Virus record (IMG/VR): IMGVR_UViG_3300042305_001048
Span: 1-61,787 of that record
From: a virus
Taxonomy: Duplodnaviria; Caudoviricetes
Strand: one strand, 5' to 3'
DNA: 61,787 nt
This document shows positions 1-9,327 of this stretch, in pieces. Under the pieces are notes generated by a model. The model was given only the letters and a program-made list of their open reading frames with translations, did not search any database and had not been told where the DNA came from. Position 1 is the stretch's first letter. Each line of letters starts with the position of its first letter. The translations under genes and the position numbers were made by a program.

Positions 1-127
1 CTGTCGGGCGGCGGCGCCACCAAGCAGGCAACGGCCACCGCCTCCATATCTGGAGGGCGTGTGACGCAAATCGATGTCACGGACTCCGGGGCCGGGTACA
101 CCTCTGCTCCCACGGTGGACATCAAAG
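1..127. repeat. 127-bp terminal direct repeat (assembly overlap of a circular contig)
   Basis: 1-127 is identical to 61661-61787, lies inside an open reading frame, and 127 is a common assembler k-mer length. Confidence 0.95.
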
Positions 128-2112
128 GGGGATGCGCAGGAGGTGCTGATCTCAAGGTCGGCGTGGTAGGACTCATCGGCGACCTTAGCGTGACGGCGGG
201 CGGAACTGGATACACCGGCACGCCCACGCTGTCGTTCTCGTCCGCTCAAGGTCTGACCAAGGCAAACGGGTACGTCAGCGTCTCCAATGGGTCTGTCGTT
301 GATGCTGTGTTGCTTTCTGGCGGGACCGGGGCGACCACCACGGGCGTGACTGTATCTGTGGTCGGCGGTGGCGGCGCGGGTGCGTCTGTGACGCCGCGCA
401 TGATCTACCGCGTCAATGCCGTCACCGTAGTCAGCGGTGGCACTGGGTTCCAGGCCGCCCCTGTCATCACGTTCCTGCCCAACAAGTCGGACACGCGGTT
501 CCTCTCCGCTGCTGCCACAGCCTCCGCCACCTCTGGCGTTGTGTCGTCCGTGGCCGTTCTGTCCGGCGGCGAGTACGAGCTTCCTCCTACCGCCATCGTC
601 CAAGACAACAACGCCACCGCCACGGCGACCATGACGCCGGCCATGTACGGCACGTACAAGTGCGCGGTCCGGTACTTGGACGACACGCCCGAAACTCTCC
701 GCGGCCCGATCCCATCATCGATCAGCGAGCTAGTGGAGGTGGACGCGGGTGCCACAGCGGGCACGCTGACCTGGGCCTTTACGCATGCCGGTCTAGAGGA
801 TCGGGTGAAGGCCATGGAGCTGTGGCGTACTACCTCCGGGCAGTCTGTTGTCCTGTTCCGGGCGGCGACGATTCAGCGCACGGACCCTGCGTTCTTTGGT
901 TCGTACTTGGACACCCTGACAGACGAGGAGCTGCGGGACACGGAGCGGGAAGGATACGGACTGATGCCGGTCACCCTGCCATCTGGGCAGGTCAACGCCC
1001 GCCGGTTTGAGGTGCCGCCCGGCAACTACGGCGTGGCCGTGATGTTCCAGGATCGCGCGTGGTACGGCGTGGACACCACGGGAGAGAAACCCAACTCGCT
1101 CCTGTTCTCAGAGGTGGACGAGCCGGAGAGCGTGCCGCCCTCCAACGAGATTGTGATTCAGGAATCCATTGGCGATTCGGACAAGTTGGTGGCGCTGATC
1201 CCGCTGGCGACCGCCCTCTTGGCCGTGCAGACGCGGCACATATACAAGATTCAATACGTCGCCCAGCCGGTCATCGACGCCTCCATCATGCTGGGGTCGT
1301 ACCGGGGAATCCTCAACGACCGCTGCTGGGATGTCATGGCGGGCGTGGCATTCATCGCGGACAGCTACGGCGTCTACGGCTACGACGGCACCAACGAGGA
1401 GCCGATCTCCGCGCCCATTGATGACATGTGGCGCAACCGGGTGATCGACTTCACCAAGTCCGACAAGTTCCATGTGAAGTGCGACTTCTCCACCAAGACG
1501 GTGCGCTTCTACTTCTGTCGCTCCAGTGACACCACCACCGTTCGGGCGCTGTGCTTCTGCGTGGCAACCAAGGCGTGGTGGGAGGAAGAGTACGCCTCGC
1601 CCGTCACCGCCGCGGCCAACATGGAGCTTACCAGCCGGCAGGACGTGGTCTACGGCACTGGCTCCGGGGGGTTCGTTCGGGCAAGCGGCTACGCCGATGG
1701 CGATTCCGCGGTGTCATATCGCATGCGCACCGGCTGCATGGTGCTGACCAACGCCGACAAGGGGAGCCGGTCGATCTCGGTCCTGTACACGCCCACTGCT
1801 GGGAACGCAGACCTGAAGGTCGGGTTGCACTTCAACGGTTCTTCTTCTCCAAGGCCCAACGCCATCACTTCCGATAGAGGCGATGGGTTCACCACCACGG
1901 CCGGATCAACCGCCGCCGTTCTGAACCTGAAGAAGGGCCGTTCCAAGCTGGGCGATGCCAGCGGGTACGCGAGGGCCTACTACTCCGGGCAGGTAGACGA
2001 CCGCTCCGCCGGCGCGGACAGGCACATAGCCATCGCTGTATCGGGCCAGCAGAGCGCTCAAGACAACGCCGTCGTTCTCCACGCCATGACGGTGGAGGGA
2101 GCCAATGGCTGA
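1..2112 (+). CDS. 3' part of a tail nozzle / tubular-B-like virion protein; full gene is 61145-61660 plus 1-2112 (875 aa)
   Basis: Frame is open from ATG 61145 across the junction; GxGYT-x-PTV repeats then a propeller-like region (LLFSEVDEPESVP, AWWEEEY); lies downstream of the adaptor gene. Confidence 0.65.
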   Translation: MSGGGATKQATATASISGGRVTQIDVTDSGAGYTSAPTVDIKGGCAGGADLKVGVVGLIGDLSVTAGGTGYTGTPTLSFSSAQGLTKANGYVSVSNGSVVDAVLLSGGTGATTTGVTVSVVGGGGAGASVTPRMIYRVNAVTVVSGGTGFQAAPVITFLPNKSDTRFLSAAATASATSGVVSSVAVLSGGEYELPPTAIVQDNNATATATMTPAMYGTYKCAVRYLDDTPETLRGPIPSSISELVEVDAGATAGTLTWAFTHAGLEDRVKAMELWRTTSGQSVVLFRAATIQRTDPAFFGSYLDTLTDEELRDTEREGYGLMPVTLPSGQVNARRFEVPPGNYGVAVMFQDRAWYGVDTTGEKPNSLLFSEVDEPESVPPSNEIVIQESIGDSDKLVALIPLATALLAVQTRHIYKIQYVAQPVIDASIMLGSYRGILNDRCWDVMAGVAFIADSYGVYGYDGTNEEPISAPIDDMWRNRVIDFTKSDKFHVKCDFSTKTVRFYFCRSSDTTTVRALCFCVATKAWWEEEYASPVTAAANMELTSRQDVVYGTGSGGFVRASGYADGDSAVSYRMRTGCMVLTNADKGSRSISVLYTPTAGNADLKVGLHFNGSSSPRPNAITSDRGDGFTTTAGSTAAVLNLKKGRSKLGDASGYARAYYSGQVDDRSAGADRHIAIAVSGQQSAQDNAVVLHAMTVEGANG

Positions 2113-2845
2113 CACACAGTCCATGCCGGCGCTGGTGAAGGCGCTCACTGGCGTCTTGCCGGACGGCGCCGTGCGTCAGTTGATGCAGGCTCTGGGGAAC
2201 TGCAATCAGCCCTACACCTCCAGAGGCGTGCAGAACTTTCAGGCCCCGGAGCAGATCGGCAACACCAACGGCGTGTATTCGGGAGGGCCGTGGAACCCGT
2301 CGCAGTATCCGGGACTTATTCCCCCGGCAGGCTCACCCGGCAGAACAGACATTCCTGGCGGCGGCGGCTGGCAGGGGGGCAACTACAACGGCGGCAACAC
2401 CAACATCAACAACTACGACGGGAACTCCTTCTACTTCCCGACCAGCCAGGAGTTCGCCCTCAACAACTACTACGGCGGGCCGATCATGAACGTGGGGGGC
2501 AACTCCACCTTCAACAACATCACCGCCAATAACATCACCACCAACAACGTCACCATCGTCAACGGTGGTGGCGGCAACCCCGCCCTCCCCGGAGAGACAC
2601 AGCCCGGCGGGCCGGGGATTCCTGGCGGTGGCGGCGGCGCAGGCCCAGGCGGCAACTTCCCTGGGCCGATCATTCTTCCGCCTTTTTGGAACCGTCCCCC
2701 AGGCCCTGGAGGAGGCGGCGGGGCGTCTCCGCCCTTCAGCGGCACCATCAGTGTCAGCGTGCCCACTGCGGGAGAGCTGACCGATGATTGCAAGGTGAAA
2801 CTTACCACGTACCGACGCACCGCTTACACAGTGACGGTGCGCTGA
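2105..2845 (+). CDS. Gly/Asn/Pro-rich virion (tail) protein
   Basis: Overlaps the upstream stop; low-complexity composition; structural context. Confidence 0.6.
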   Translation: MADTQSMPALVKALTGVLPDGAVRQLMQALGNCNQPYTSRGVQNFQAPEQIGNTNGVYSGGPWNPSQYPGLIPPAGSPGRTDIPGGGGWQGGNYNGGNTNINNYDGNSFYFPTSQEFALNNYYGGPIMNVGGNSTFNNITANNITTNNVTIVNGGGGNPALPGETQPGGPGIPGGGGGAGPGGNFPGPIILPPFWNRPPGPGGGGGASPPFSGTISVSVPTAGELTDDCKVKLTTYRRTAYTVTVR

Positions 2846-3828
2846 TGGGAGCCTGCGATGCCGGCCGATGCTGCAAAGGCAACACCTGCTCTGACGACAA
2901 GAAGTGCTGCTGCACTGCCGGCAAGAAGGGCACGCATACTGCTGGCGAGGTGTGCCGGTCGGCGTCCTGCCAACGCACCAACGGCAGTTGTGACGACAAT
3001 GTCAACGTCTGCGAGTGCGAGTCCAGCGGCGGCACGCTGGCTCAGTCCTGCGATCCTTGTGCGAACAAGCCGTGCGGCAAGTGCGAGCGCTGCGTGGACG
3101 GCCAGTGCGTGTCGACATGCTCGCAATGCCAGACCTGCGACACCAGCACCATCAACGGAACGTGCGTAGACAAATGCACTGGCGGCGGGTCTGTTTCCCC
3201 GGTGACCTGCGGGCAATGCCAGAGCTGCGTCTGCGGGCAGTGCGTCGTCACTGGTCAGCTATGCGGCTTTCCCATTGTGACCTGCTGCTCTGCGTCCGAA
3301 TGCTGCGTCGGCGGAACGTGCAAGCCGTGCGATTGCACAGGGCTACCACCTCCGCCACCCTGTCATGTCTGCCAGTCGGGTCAGTACGTCAGCTCCTGCA
3401 CGGCGGGCCAGCATTGCTGCGATGGGGTCTGCTCCGAATGCGAAAACTCTTCTCACTGCAGCGCCGGCGAGGTGTGCGTCAATTGCGAGTGCGTGCCGGC
3501 AAGTTGCTGCGTGTCCGTGCCGAGCTGCGCTCCACACACCGTCTCGGTTATTCAGGGCAGCTTTACGTGCGAGACGGTGACCTACGACTACATGGGCACG
3601 CCCTGCACGGAGACGCGGTATCCATTGGACTGCGCCGAATCCAAATGCACGTATGACTGGGACGGCTCCTCGTATTCGCTTGTCGGCTGCAGCGTCCAGA
3701 CCACGCAAGGCCGGCTCATATTTCCAAACGCGGATTGCTGCACATCTTCGGGCTGCCCCGCAACGCTGAGCGGGTCTTACACCACCCCCTACCGCGACGG
3801 AATCAGTTGCGAGAATCCTCTGCCATGA
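2845..3828 (+). CDS. Extremely Cys-rich protein (about 59 Cys in 327 aa), probable tail-tip or receptor-binding component
   Basis: ATG 2845 overlaps the upstream TGA; repeated CxxCxxC and CC units. Confidence 0.7.
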   Translation: MGACDAGRCCKGNTCSDDKKCCCTAGKKGTHTAGEVCRSASCQRTNGSCDDNVNVCECESSGGTLAQSCDPCANKPCGKCERCVDGQCVSTCSQCQTCDTSTINGTCVDKCTGGGSVSPVTCGQCQSCVCGQCVVTGQLCGFPIVTCCSASECCVGGTCKPCDCTGLPPPPPCHVCQSGQYVSSCTAGQHCCDGVCSECENSSHCSAGEVCVNCECVPASCCVSVPSCAPHTVSVIQGSFTCETVTYDYMGTPCTETRYPLDCAESKCTYDWDGSSYSLVGCSVQTTQGRLIFPNADCCTSSGCPATLSGSYTTPYRDGISCENPLP

Positions 3829-4271
3829 TTACCTGCCACAAAGACCACCTCCACGCCCGATGCCGGCAGCGCGGCTACACCATAGAAGAGGTCATGCCGT
3901 GTGTGGTGAAGCAGGACGGCGACATGTGGACAATTGACGAGAAACACTGGTCGTATCCGGCCGTTGCCCGCGGAGCTACCTCGTCTGCCGCGCAGGCAGG
4001 TGGGCCGGGCACGGAGCTGAAGGCGCTCCTGCAGTACATCGGGATCACTGCCACGCCCAACTGCTCCTGCAACGCCCGCGCCCGGACCATGGACGAGAAC
4101 GAGGCCAAGGAGCCTGGGTGGTGCGAGGCCAACATCGAAACGATCCTGGACTGGCTCAAGGAACAGGCCGATGTCCGTGGCCTTCCTTTCGTTCGGGTCG
4201 GGGCCAAAATCCTCGTAAAACGGGCCATCGCCAACGCGAAACGTAAAAAGCCCGCCAAAGACAATAAGTAG
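3825..4271 (+). CDS. Small Cys-motif protein (GPGTELK...CSCNARA), possible partner of the Cys-rich protein
   Basis: ATGA overlap at 3825-3828; CxC motif. Confidence 0.65.
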   Translation: MITCHKDHLHARCRQRGYTIEEVMPCVVKQDGDMWTIDEKHWSYPAVARGATSSAAQAGGPGTELKALLQYIGITATPNCSCNARARTMDENEAKEPGWCEANIETILDWLKEQADVRGLPFVRVGAKILVKRAIANAKRKKPAKDNK

Positions 4272-4274
4272 TAG
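4259..4274 (+). promoter_or_regulatory. Putative late promoter AGACAAT-N5-GTAG
   Basis: One of six copies of RGRCAVT-N5-DTAG upstream of late genes. Confidence 0.55.
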
Positions 4275-4284
4275 GGGAGACAAC

Positions 4285-5544
4285 ATGCCCGGATTCCAAG
4301 AATTCGTCCTGCCGTTCGGTGGCAACACCAACTTCAACTACGCCGGCCCCGCCTCTCAGGCATACGGGCAGATGGCCGGGGCCTACCCCAGCGCCCTGTC
4401 GGGCCTGTATGGCTCTGCGGCGCAGGCATTCGCCGGGTACGGCCAGGGGCTTACGGGCATGTCCAATGCCCAGGCCAACAACTACGGCGCGTACGCCGGA
4501 GGCATGGGCAACATCGCCAACGCATTTGCCAACCAAGCGTCCGCCCGCTACGGCGCGAACGCCATGGCCGAGGCCGCCCGCCAGGGTGCGGCCGGCAACA
4601 TCGGGTCTTCGGCGCTTGGGGCGTTTGGAAACATTGGCGGGCAGGCACTGCAGGCGTGGGCGCAAAACCAGCAGTCGTACAACAACGCCATGTCGCAGAT
4701 GCACGGCGCGAACCAGTACTCTGCCAGCCAGCTTGGTCAGTCACAGAACGCAGCGCTCGCTGGCCTTGGCAATGCCTACGCCGGTGCCGCTGGTGCAATC
4801 GCTCCCTCCAGCGTGGCGGGGGACATCGCCTTCAATTTCTCTGACGGCGGTGGTGGCGGTGGCTACGGTGGCGGGGGCTTCAACGCTACCGGCCCGGATG
4901 GCTACATCGGCAGCGGTTCGTACGGCGGCGGTGGGTACGGCGGCGGTGGCGGGATGAACTTCACTGGCACGCGCAAGACCACCCCCGGCAATCTCCAGCC
5001 GGTCATCGACGCCACGTACGGCGGCATCGACCGCACGCGGGACGCTGTTGCAAACCGGCAGTCGTTCTCCGACTTGCTCAACAACGGCAACGCCGGACTG
5101 GATCGATTGGACGCGCAGCACTCCACCAGCCGGGAGATGCCCGGCCAGATGATGCAGCAGGGTTTGGGTGGGCTGATGATGCTTGGCAACCAAGCCTACG
5201 GCAACTCCAACCGCGGCATGGATCAGTTCTACGGCGCCCAGCGCGAGTCCGATTCGTCGCCCTACCTGATGTCGCTGGCCGGGCAGATGGGCATGGGGTA
5301 CGGCGATTCGTCCGGCCGCGTCAGCAAGAACTCCGACGCCTTCACCGGCGCGTGGGGAGACAACAAGGAGCAGTACAGCTCCGCCTTGTCGAATCTCATG
5401 GGCATGTACAAGGACATGCAGGGCCCTGCTCCTGCCGCGGGTGCTGGTCAGCCGTCTACCCGGCTTTCGCCGTACGCTTCCCCTATGGACTATAGGGCGA
5501 TGCAATCGCCCGCCGCGCAGTCTTATCTCCGCAGGCTGATGTAG
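4285..5544 (+). CDS. Gly/Ala/Gln-rich internal virion (ejection) protein
   Basis: GGGGAG RBS; composition and position typical of podovirus pilot/ejection proteins. Confidence 0.6.
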   Translation: MPGFQEFVLPFGGNTNFNYAGPASQAYGQMAGAYPSALSGLYGSAAQAFAGYGQGLTGMSNAQANNYGAYAGGMGNIANAFANQASARYGANAMAEAARQGAAGNIGSSALGAFGNIGGQALQAWAQNQQSYNNAMSQMHGANQYSASQLGQSQNAALAGLGNAYAGAAGAIAPSSVAGDIAFNFSDGGGGGGYGGGGFNATGPDGYIGSGSYGGGGYGGGGGMNFTGTRKTTPGNLQPVIDATYGGIDRTRDAVANRQSFSDLLNNGNAGLDRLDAQHSTSREMPGQMMQQGLGGLMMLGNQAYGNSNRGMDQFYGAQRESDSSPYLMSLAGQMGMGYGDSSGRVSKNSDAFTGAWGDNKEQYSSALSNLMGMYKDMQGPAPAAGAGQPSTRLSPYASPMDYRAMQSPAAQSYLRRLM

Positions 5545-5546
5545 TA

Positions 5547-5891
5547 ATGCTGAACTACGACTCCACGCTCAACGCTCAGCCGCCCGTGTCTTCGGCCCAG
5601 CGCCAGAAGGCGGTCAAGGGCATGCACATACAGTCGCCGTACGGGTACTCCCCGCAGCACCAAGACCTGCTCAACGGCTTGGCCGATCAGAACGCCGCCA
5701 ACTACGAGCTGGGTGCGGATCAGGCGAACGCCACGTTCGGCACGCGGAAGCTTCAGGCGCAGCGTGACCTTGCTCTGACGGGCCTCCAGCAGATGGCGCA
5801 GGCCCAGCAGAACCAAGCTGACCTTGCGAATGCCCGATCTGGCATGGGCTATGGGATCGTCAGCAATCTCCTGTCGGGGCTGTTCCGTTGA
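5547..5891 (+). CDS. Small ejection-type protein ending in an amphipathic helix (IVSNLLSGLFR)
   Basis: Tight operon spacing; C-terminus resembles that of the next gene. Confidence 0.6.
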   Translation: MLNYDSTLNAQPPVSSAQRQKAVKGMHIQSPYGYSPQHQDLLNGLADQNAANYELGADQANATFGTRKLQAQRDLALTGLQQMAQAQQNQADLANARSGMGYGIVSNLLSGLFR

Positions 5892-6301
5892 ATAAAGTCA
5901 CTCTCGGACAATCGCCTGTTCCCGGCGTCCCTGACGCCACCCGGCGCAAGGTGTTTGAAAATAACTATGCAAACGCCGTGGCGCAGGGCGATCCCAACTA
6001 CGCCGTGAAGAAGTACGACCGCGGCGGCATGAGCCGCGCCGGCGGGCAGTGGCAGCAGGCCGGCATCGACTCTGCCCAGAAGATGGCGGGCGGTATTGCC
6101 GATGCGTATTCGCAGGACACGCAGGCCGCTGCATTCAACGCGCAGAACCAGCTTGCGGGCAACCAAGCCCAAGAGCAGTACGCACTCCAGCTTGGGGCGC
6201 TGCAGCAGCAGAGCGCCTACGCCCAAGCCATGGCCCAACTGCAGCGCAAGCAGCAGTCGATGAACTTCGTTTCTTCCCTCCTTGGAGGTCTGCTTCGGTG
6301 A
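5888..6301 (+). CDS. Small ejection-type protein ending FVSSLLGGLLR
   Basis: Start/stop overlap; Gln/Ala-rich. Confidence 0.6.
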   Translation: MNKVTLGQSPVPGVPDATRRKVFENNYANAVAQGDPNYAVKKYDRGGMSRAGGQWQQAGIDSAQKMAGGIADAYSQDTQAAAFNAQNQLAGNQAQEQYALQLGALQQQSAYAQAMAQLQRKQQSMNFVSSLLGGLLR

Positions 6302-6588
6302 GTTCCCATATCAACCTTGACCTGGACGACCTGACGCCCACGGCGCTCAAGCGTCTGGTGAAGCAGCTCCTCGCCGCCGACGACGCGGAAGAGCGGAAGA
6401 TCACCGCCAAGATGGGCAAGCGGGACGCCGCTGAAGAGAAGGCCAAGCCCCGCGAGGAGCGCAACGACCTCGCCGACTTGGACGAGGAGATGCACGGCAA
6501 GCCGAACACTCCAAAGGTGGAAAAGGACGACATGCCCGCTGACGGCGGGCTTCCAGACATTCCGAAGAAGGGCCGAAAGAATGCCTAG
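6298..6588 (+). CDS. Charged hypothetical protein (GTG start)
   Basis: GTGA overlap at 6298-6301; 3' part of ORF 6049-6588. Confidence 0.55.
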   Translation: MSSHINLDLDDLTPTALKRLVKQLLAADDAEERKITAKMGKRDAAEEKAKPREERNDLADLDEEMHGKPNTPKVEKDDMPADGGLPDIPKKGRKNA

Positions 6589-7663
6589 CTATTACGACGA
6601 CGCGGCCGAGCTGATCCGCCGCCTGCTGCGCCCGGCGGCCAAGGCTGGCGACATGCTGGATACTGCTGGCGATGCAGGCGATCTGGCGCGAGTGGCCCCG
6701 CCGCGGATGCAGGTTGAGCTGCCCGTCGAATCGGCTGGCCTCAAGGCTCGCGACCGCGTCGACGCTGGCGGCTGGCCGGTCGGCACGCCGGCCTGGGCTT
6801 CGCCGTCGCGGTCGCCGTCGTTTGACGGCTTGGATGACGTTGCCTCGCCGCCGCCTGTCGACCTGTCCCTGGACTCTCCGAGCTGGGGTCCGCTGAGCCG
6901 CTCCGCAGATCGCTTCCAGCAGATGCGCCGCGGGCAGTCCGGCAACCTGCGCAACCAGCCGCTGAACGCTGTCGCTGGTCAGGCCATCCGAGACGCCGAC
7001 GCGGCTCGTCAGACGCAGATGGCGCTGGAGTCCAGCCGTGGCGCTGCCGCCAAGACTGCCGCTGGCGTTGGCGTTGCAGGTGCGGCAGGCGCGGCCATGC
7101 TTGCTGGCGGCGGCAAGAAGCCCGAGCCAGCGACTGCCGACATTACGTCGACCGATGGGACCGCCGAGCTTGCTAATGAATCTCGCCCGGCACCTGTTGT
7201 CGCCCCCGACGAGGAGAGCGAGAAGGCGTTCACCGAGAAGTTTAAGCGGCAGTACACGGAGCGCGAGAACAAGCGACAGGCGCAAGGGGCTGGCACATAC
7301 CCCAAGCCCGCCGCTGACCCGAGGGCGGAAGCCGAGCGGCTGATGAAGGACCTCAACGCCCGGCGTATGGCGGCGAGCGGTGAGGTCGCTGACGGTGCGG
7401 CGACCGAAGCTCGCATTCGCAAGTTGATGGAGCAGTCCAACCAGATGCGCAACTCCCAGACGCCGCAGCAGATGCAGGCGGCGGCGGCTGCAGCGCCGCA
7501 GGACTATCACGCCCAAGCGCGTGCGATGCTGGCCGACCTCAATGACAGGGCCAGCCGCATGGGTGGCACGCCGCCCGACATGCAGAAGGTCCTCGCCGAG
7601 GTTCGCCGACTGAATGCCCTTGGCGATGAGCAGCGCAACGCACGGACCACCGCTAGGAGCTAA
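6581..7663 (+). CDS. Putative internal virion protein with N-terminal MPSYYDDAAELIRRL
   Basis: Operon position; helical and Ala-rich; N-terminus shared with the 39082 gene. Confidence 0.65.
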   Translation: MPSYYDDAAELIRRLLRPAAKAGDMLDTAGDAGDLARVAPPRMQVELPVESAGLKARDRVDAGGWPVGTPAWASPSRSPSFDGLDDVASPPPVDLSLDSPSWGPLSRSADRFQQMRRGQSGNLRNQPLNAVAGQAIRDADAARQTQMALESSRGAAAKTAAGVGVAGAAGAAMLAGGGKKPEPATADITSTDGTAELANESRPAPVVAPDEESEKAFTEKFKRQYTERENKRQAQGAGTYPKPAADPRAEAERLMKDLNARRMAASGEVADGAATEARIRKLMEQSNQMRNSQTPQQMQAAAAAAPQDYHAQARAMLADLNDRASRMGGTPPDMQKVLAEVRRLNALGDEQRNARTTARS

Positions 7664-7665
7664 CG

Positions 7666-9324
7666 ATGGCACGCCCAGGACTGTCTAACTCCAACCCCAG
7701 AGTCCCCCGTGCCGCCCCGCGCCGCCCGATGGGGCCGGATGAGCTGGACCCGCTTGATGCTGCCGCATCTCCTATTACCCCCGACCTAGACGTTCGCCGA
7801 CAGCCGGACCCCGACATCCAGCGACAGCGTTCGGCACGGCACAGGGAGCTAGTGGCGAGCGGAATGTCCATGGAGGAGGCGGCGGCAGCTATGGTGGCCG
7901 AGGATGGTGCCAGAATTCGGGCGCAGCGCCGAGCCGCCGAAGACTCCGCGGCAGCGTCATGGGCCGCCGCCAACGCGCCGACAGACCCCCTGGACGAGCC
8001 TCGCACCGTTGAAGAGCTGCGAGACATGGGGCTCTTCGGCGAGAGCGAGCCTGGGCCACGGACGGTTGACGGCATGCCAGTGCGCCGGCCGCAAGAGTTT
8101 ACGACTGAGCGAGAGGCGCAAGGCTACACCACCCGCACGCCGATCAGCGCAACCGACCGCGCCTTCCGAAATGGGGGCCTTCTCCGCGGCGACCCCACTG
8201 CGGCGTTTGAGCCATCGCAGCGTGATATTGATATGGAGGCGCGCGGGTTTCTGCCAGTCTTTGGGCCAGACGGCTCTGTCGGATATTCGGTGGCCTCCAG
8301 CGATCCTGCCTCCAGCATTCCGGGTGCGCCAGGCCGCCGTGGTCGGAGAGCGGACTTGGAGGGGCCGTTGATGCGGGACGGCAAGCCGGTCTACCAAACA
8401 GACGCTGGCGGGAATGTCGTCAAGGACAAAGACGGCTTCCCGGTGCCCGCCCCAATGTACGAGTCGCAAAATGTTCTTGGCCCCACCGGCATGATGTACG
8501 TGTACCGGCCCAGCGAAGAAACGCGAGCGTACAACGCCGACCTCGCTGACGAGCAGCGCATCCGCCGTCAGGCCAACGCAGCCGGCATGTCGGCCGACGA
8601 CATCGCCGCGATGGACCCGGCCGCCCGAAGGCGTGCCGTAAGTGACGCGCGGGATGCTCGCCAGCGTCAGCTCGTAGACAACGTACGGGCCGTTGGCATG
8701 CTTACTGGAGGCCAGCCGAGCTGGGGCCGCGGTGGTACTGGAACAGCGGCGATGCAGTTACTGCAACTGCCCGACGACTGGCGGAATACCGTTCTGGCTC
8801 AACGTCTCGCCCCGGACATTAGCGGCACCAGCCCCAACGATGTTGCCGCCCAGAACGCCGCCGGCGCGATGCGTCTTCTCCAAGACGAGAGGTTTGCCGA
8901 AATGCTCAACCCGGATGCTGCCGCAGCGAGGCGTGCTGCCCAAGACGCTCGCGAGCTTCAACTGCCTCCCGCCACCCGGGCTGCTCTGTCTCGCAGGCGT
9001 GGCGAGCCTATGGGCACGGGTCTGAGTTCGGAGCATGTGAATGCGCGGTGGGATTATTGGATGAACGGCGTGGGCGGCTCCGGCCCGGCGGCTAGGGCTG
9101 ACGGCTTCCGCAGAGAGATGCGTCGGCTTGGCTACGACGACAATGAAATCCAAGACTTCATGAGAGCTGCAGGGGTTGATCCTACTGGCGTGCCTGCAGC
9201 CAACCCATCCGCACCTCCGGCAGGCCAGCCATCCGACCAGCCGCCTTTCCACTCAGGAGACATGCCACGGCCGGGCGTCGGACCTTTTGATCGCCCCGGC
9301 GCGGCCCCGCGGCCGTTCGGCTAA
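7666..9324 (+). CDS. Putative internal virion / ejection protein
   Basis: 552-aa ORF just before the largest ejection gene; AGGAG RBS. Confidence 0.6.
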   Translation: MARPGLSNSNPRVPRAAPRRPMGPDELDPLDAAASPITPDLDVRRQPDPDIQRQRSARHRELVASGMSMEEAAAAMVAEDGARIRAQRRAAEDSAAASWAAANAPTDPLDEPRTVEELRDMGLFGESEPGPRTVDGMPVRRPQEFTTEREAQGYTTRTPISATDRAFRNGGLLRGDPTAAFEPSQRDIDMEARGFLPVFGPDGSVGYSVASSDPASSIPGAPGRRGRRADLEGPLMRDGKPVYQTDAGGNVVKDKDGFPVPAPMYESQNVLGPTGMMYVYRPSEETRAYNADLADEQRIRRQANAAGMSADDIAAMDPAARRRAVSDARDARQRQLVDNVRAVGMLTGGQPSWGRGGTGTAAMQLLQLPDDWRNTVLAQRLAPDISGTSPNDVAAQNAAGAMRLLQDERFAEMLNPDAAAARRAAQDARELQLPPATRAALSRRRGEPMGTGLSSEHVNARWDYWMNGVGGSGPAARADGFRREMRRLGYDDNEIQDFMRAAGVDPTGVPAANPSAPPAGQPSDQPPFHSGDMPRPGVGPFDRPGAAPRPFG

Positions 9325-9327
9325 CGC

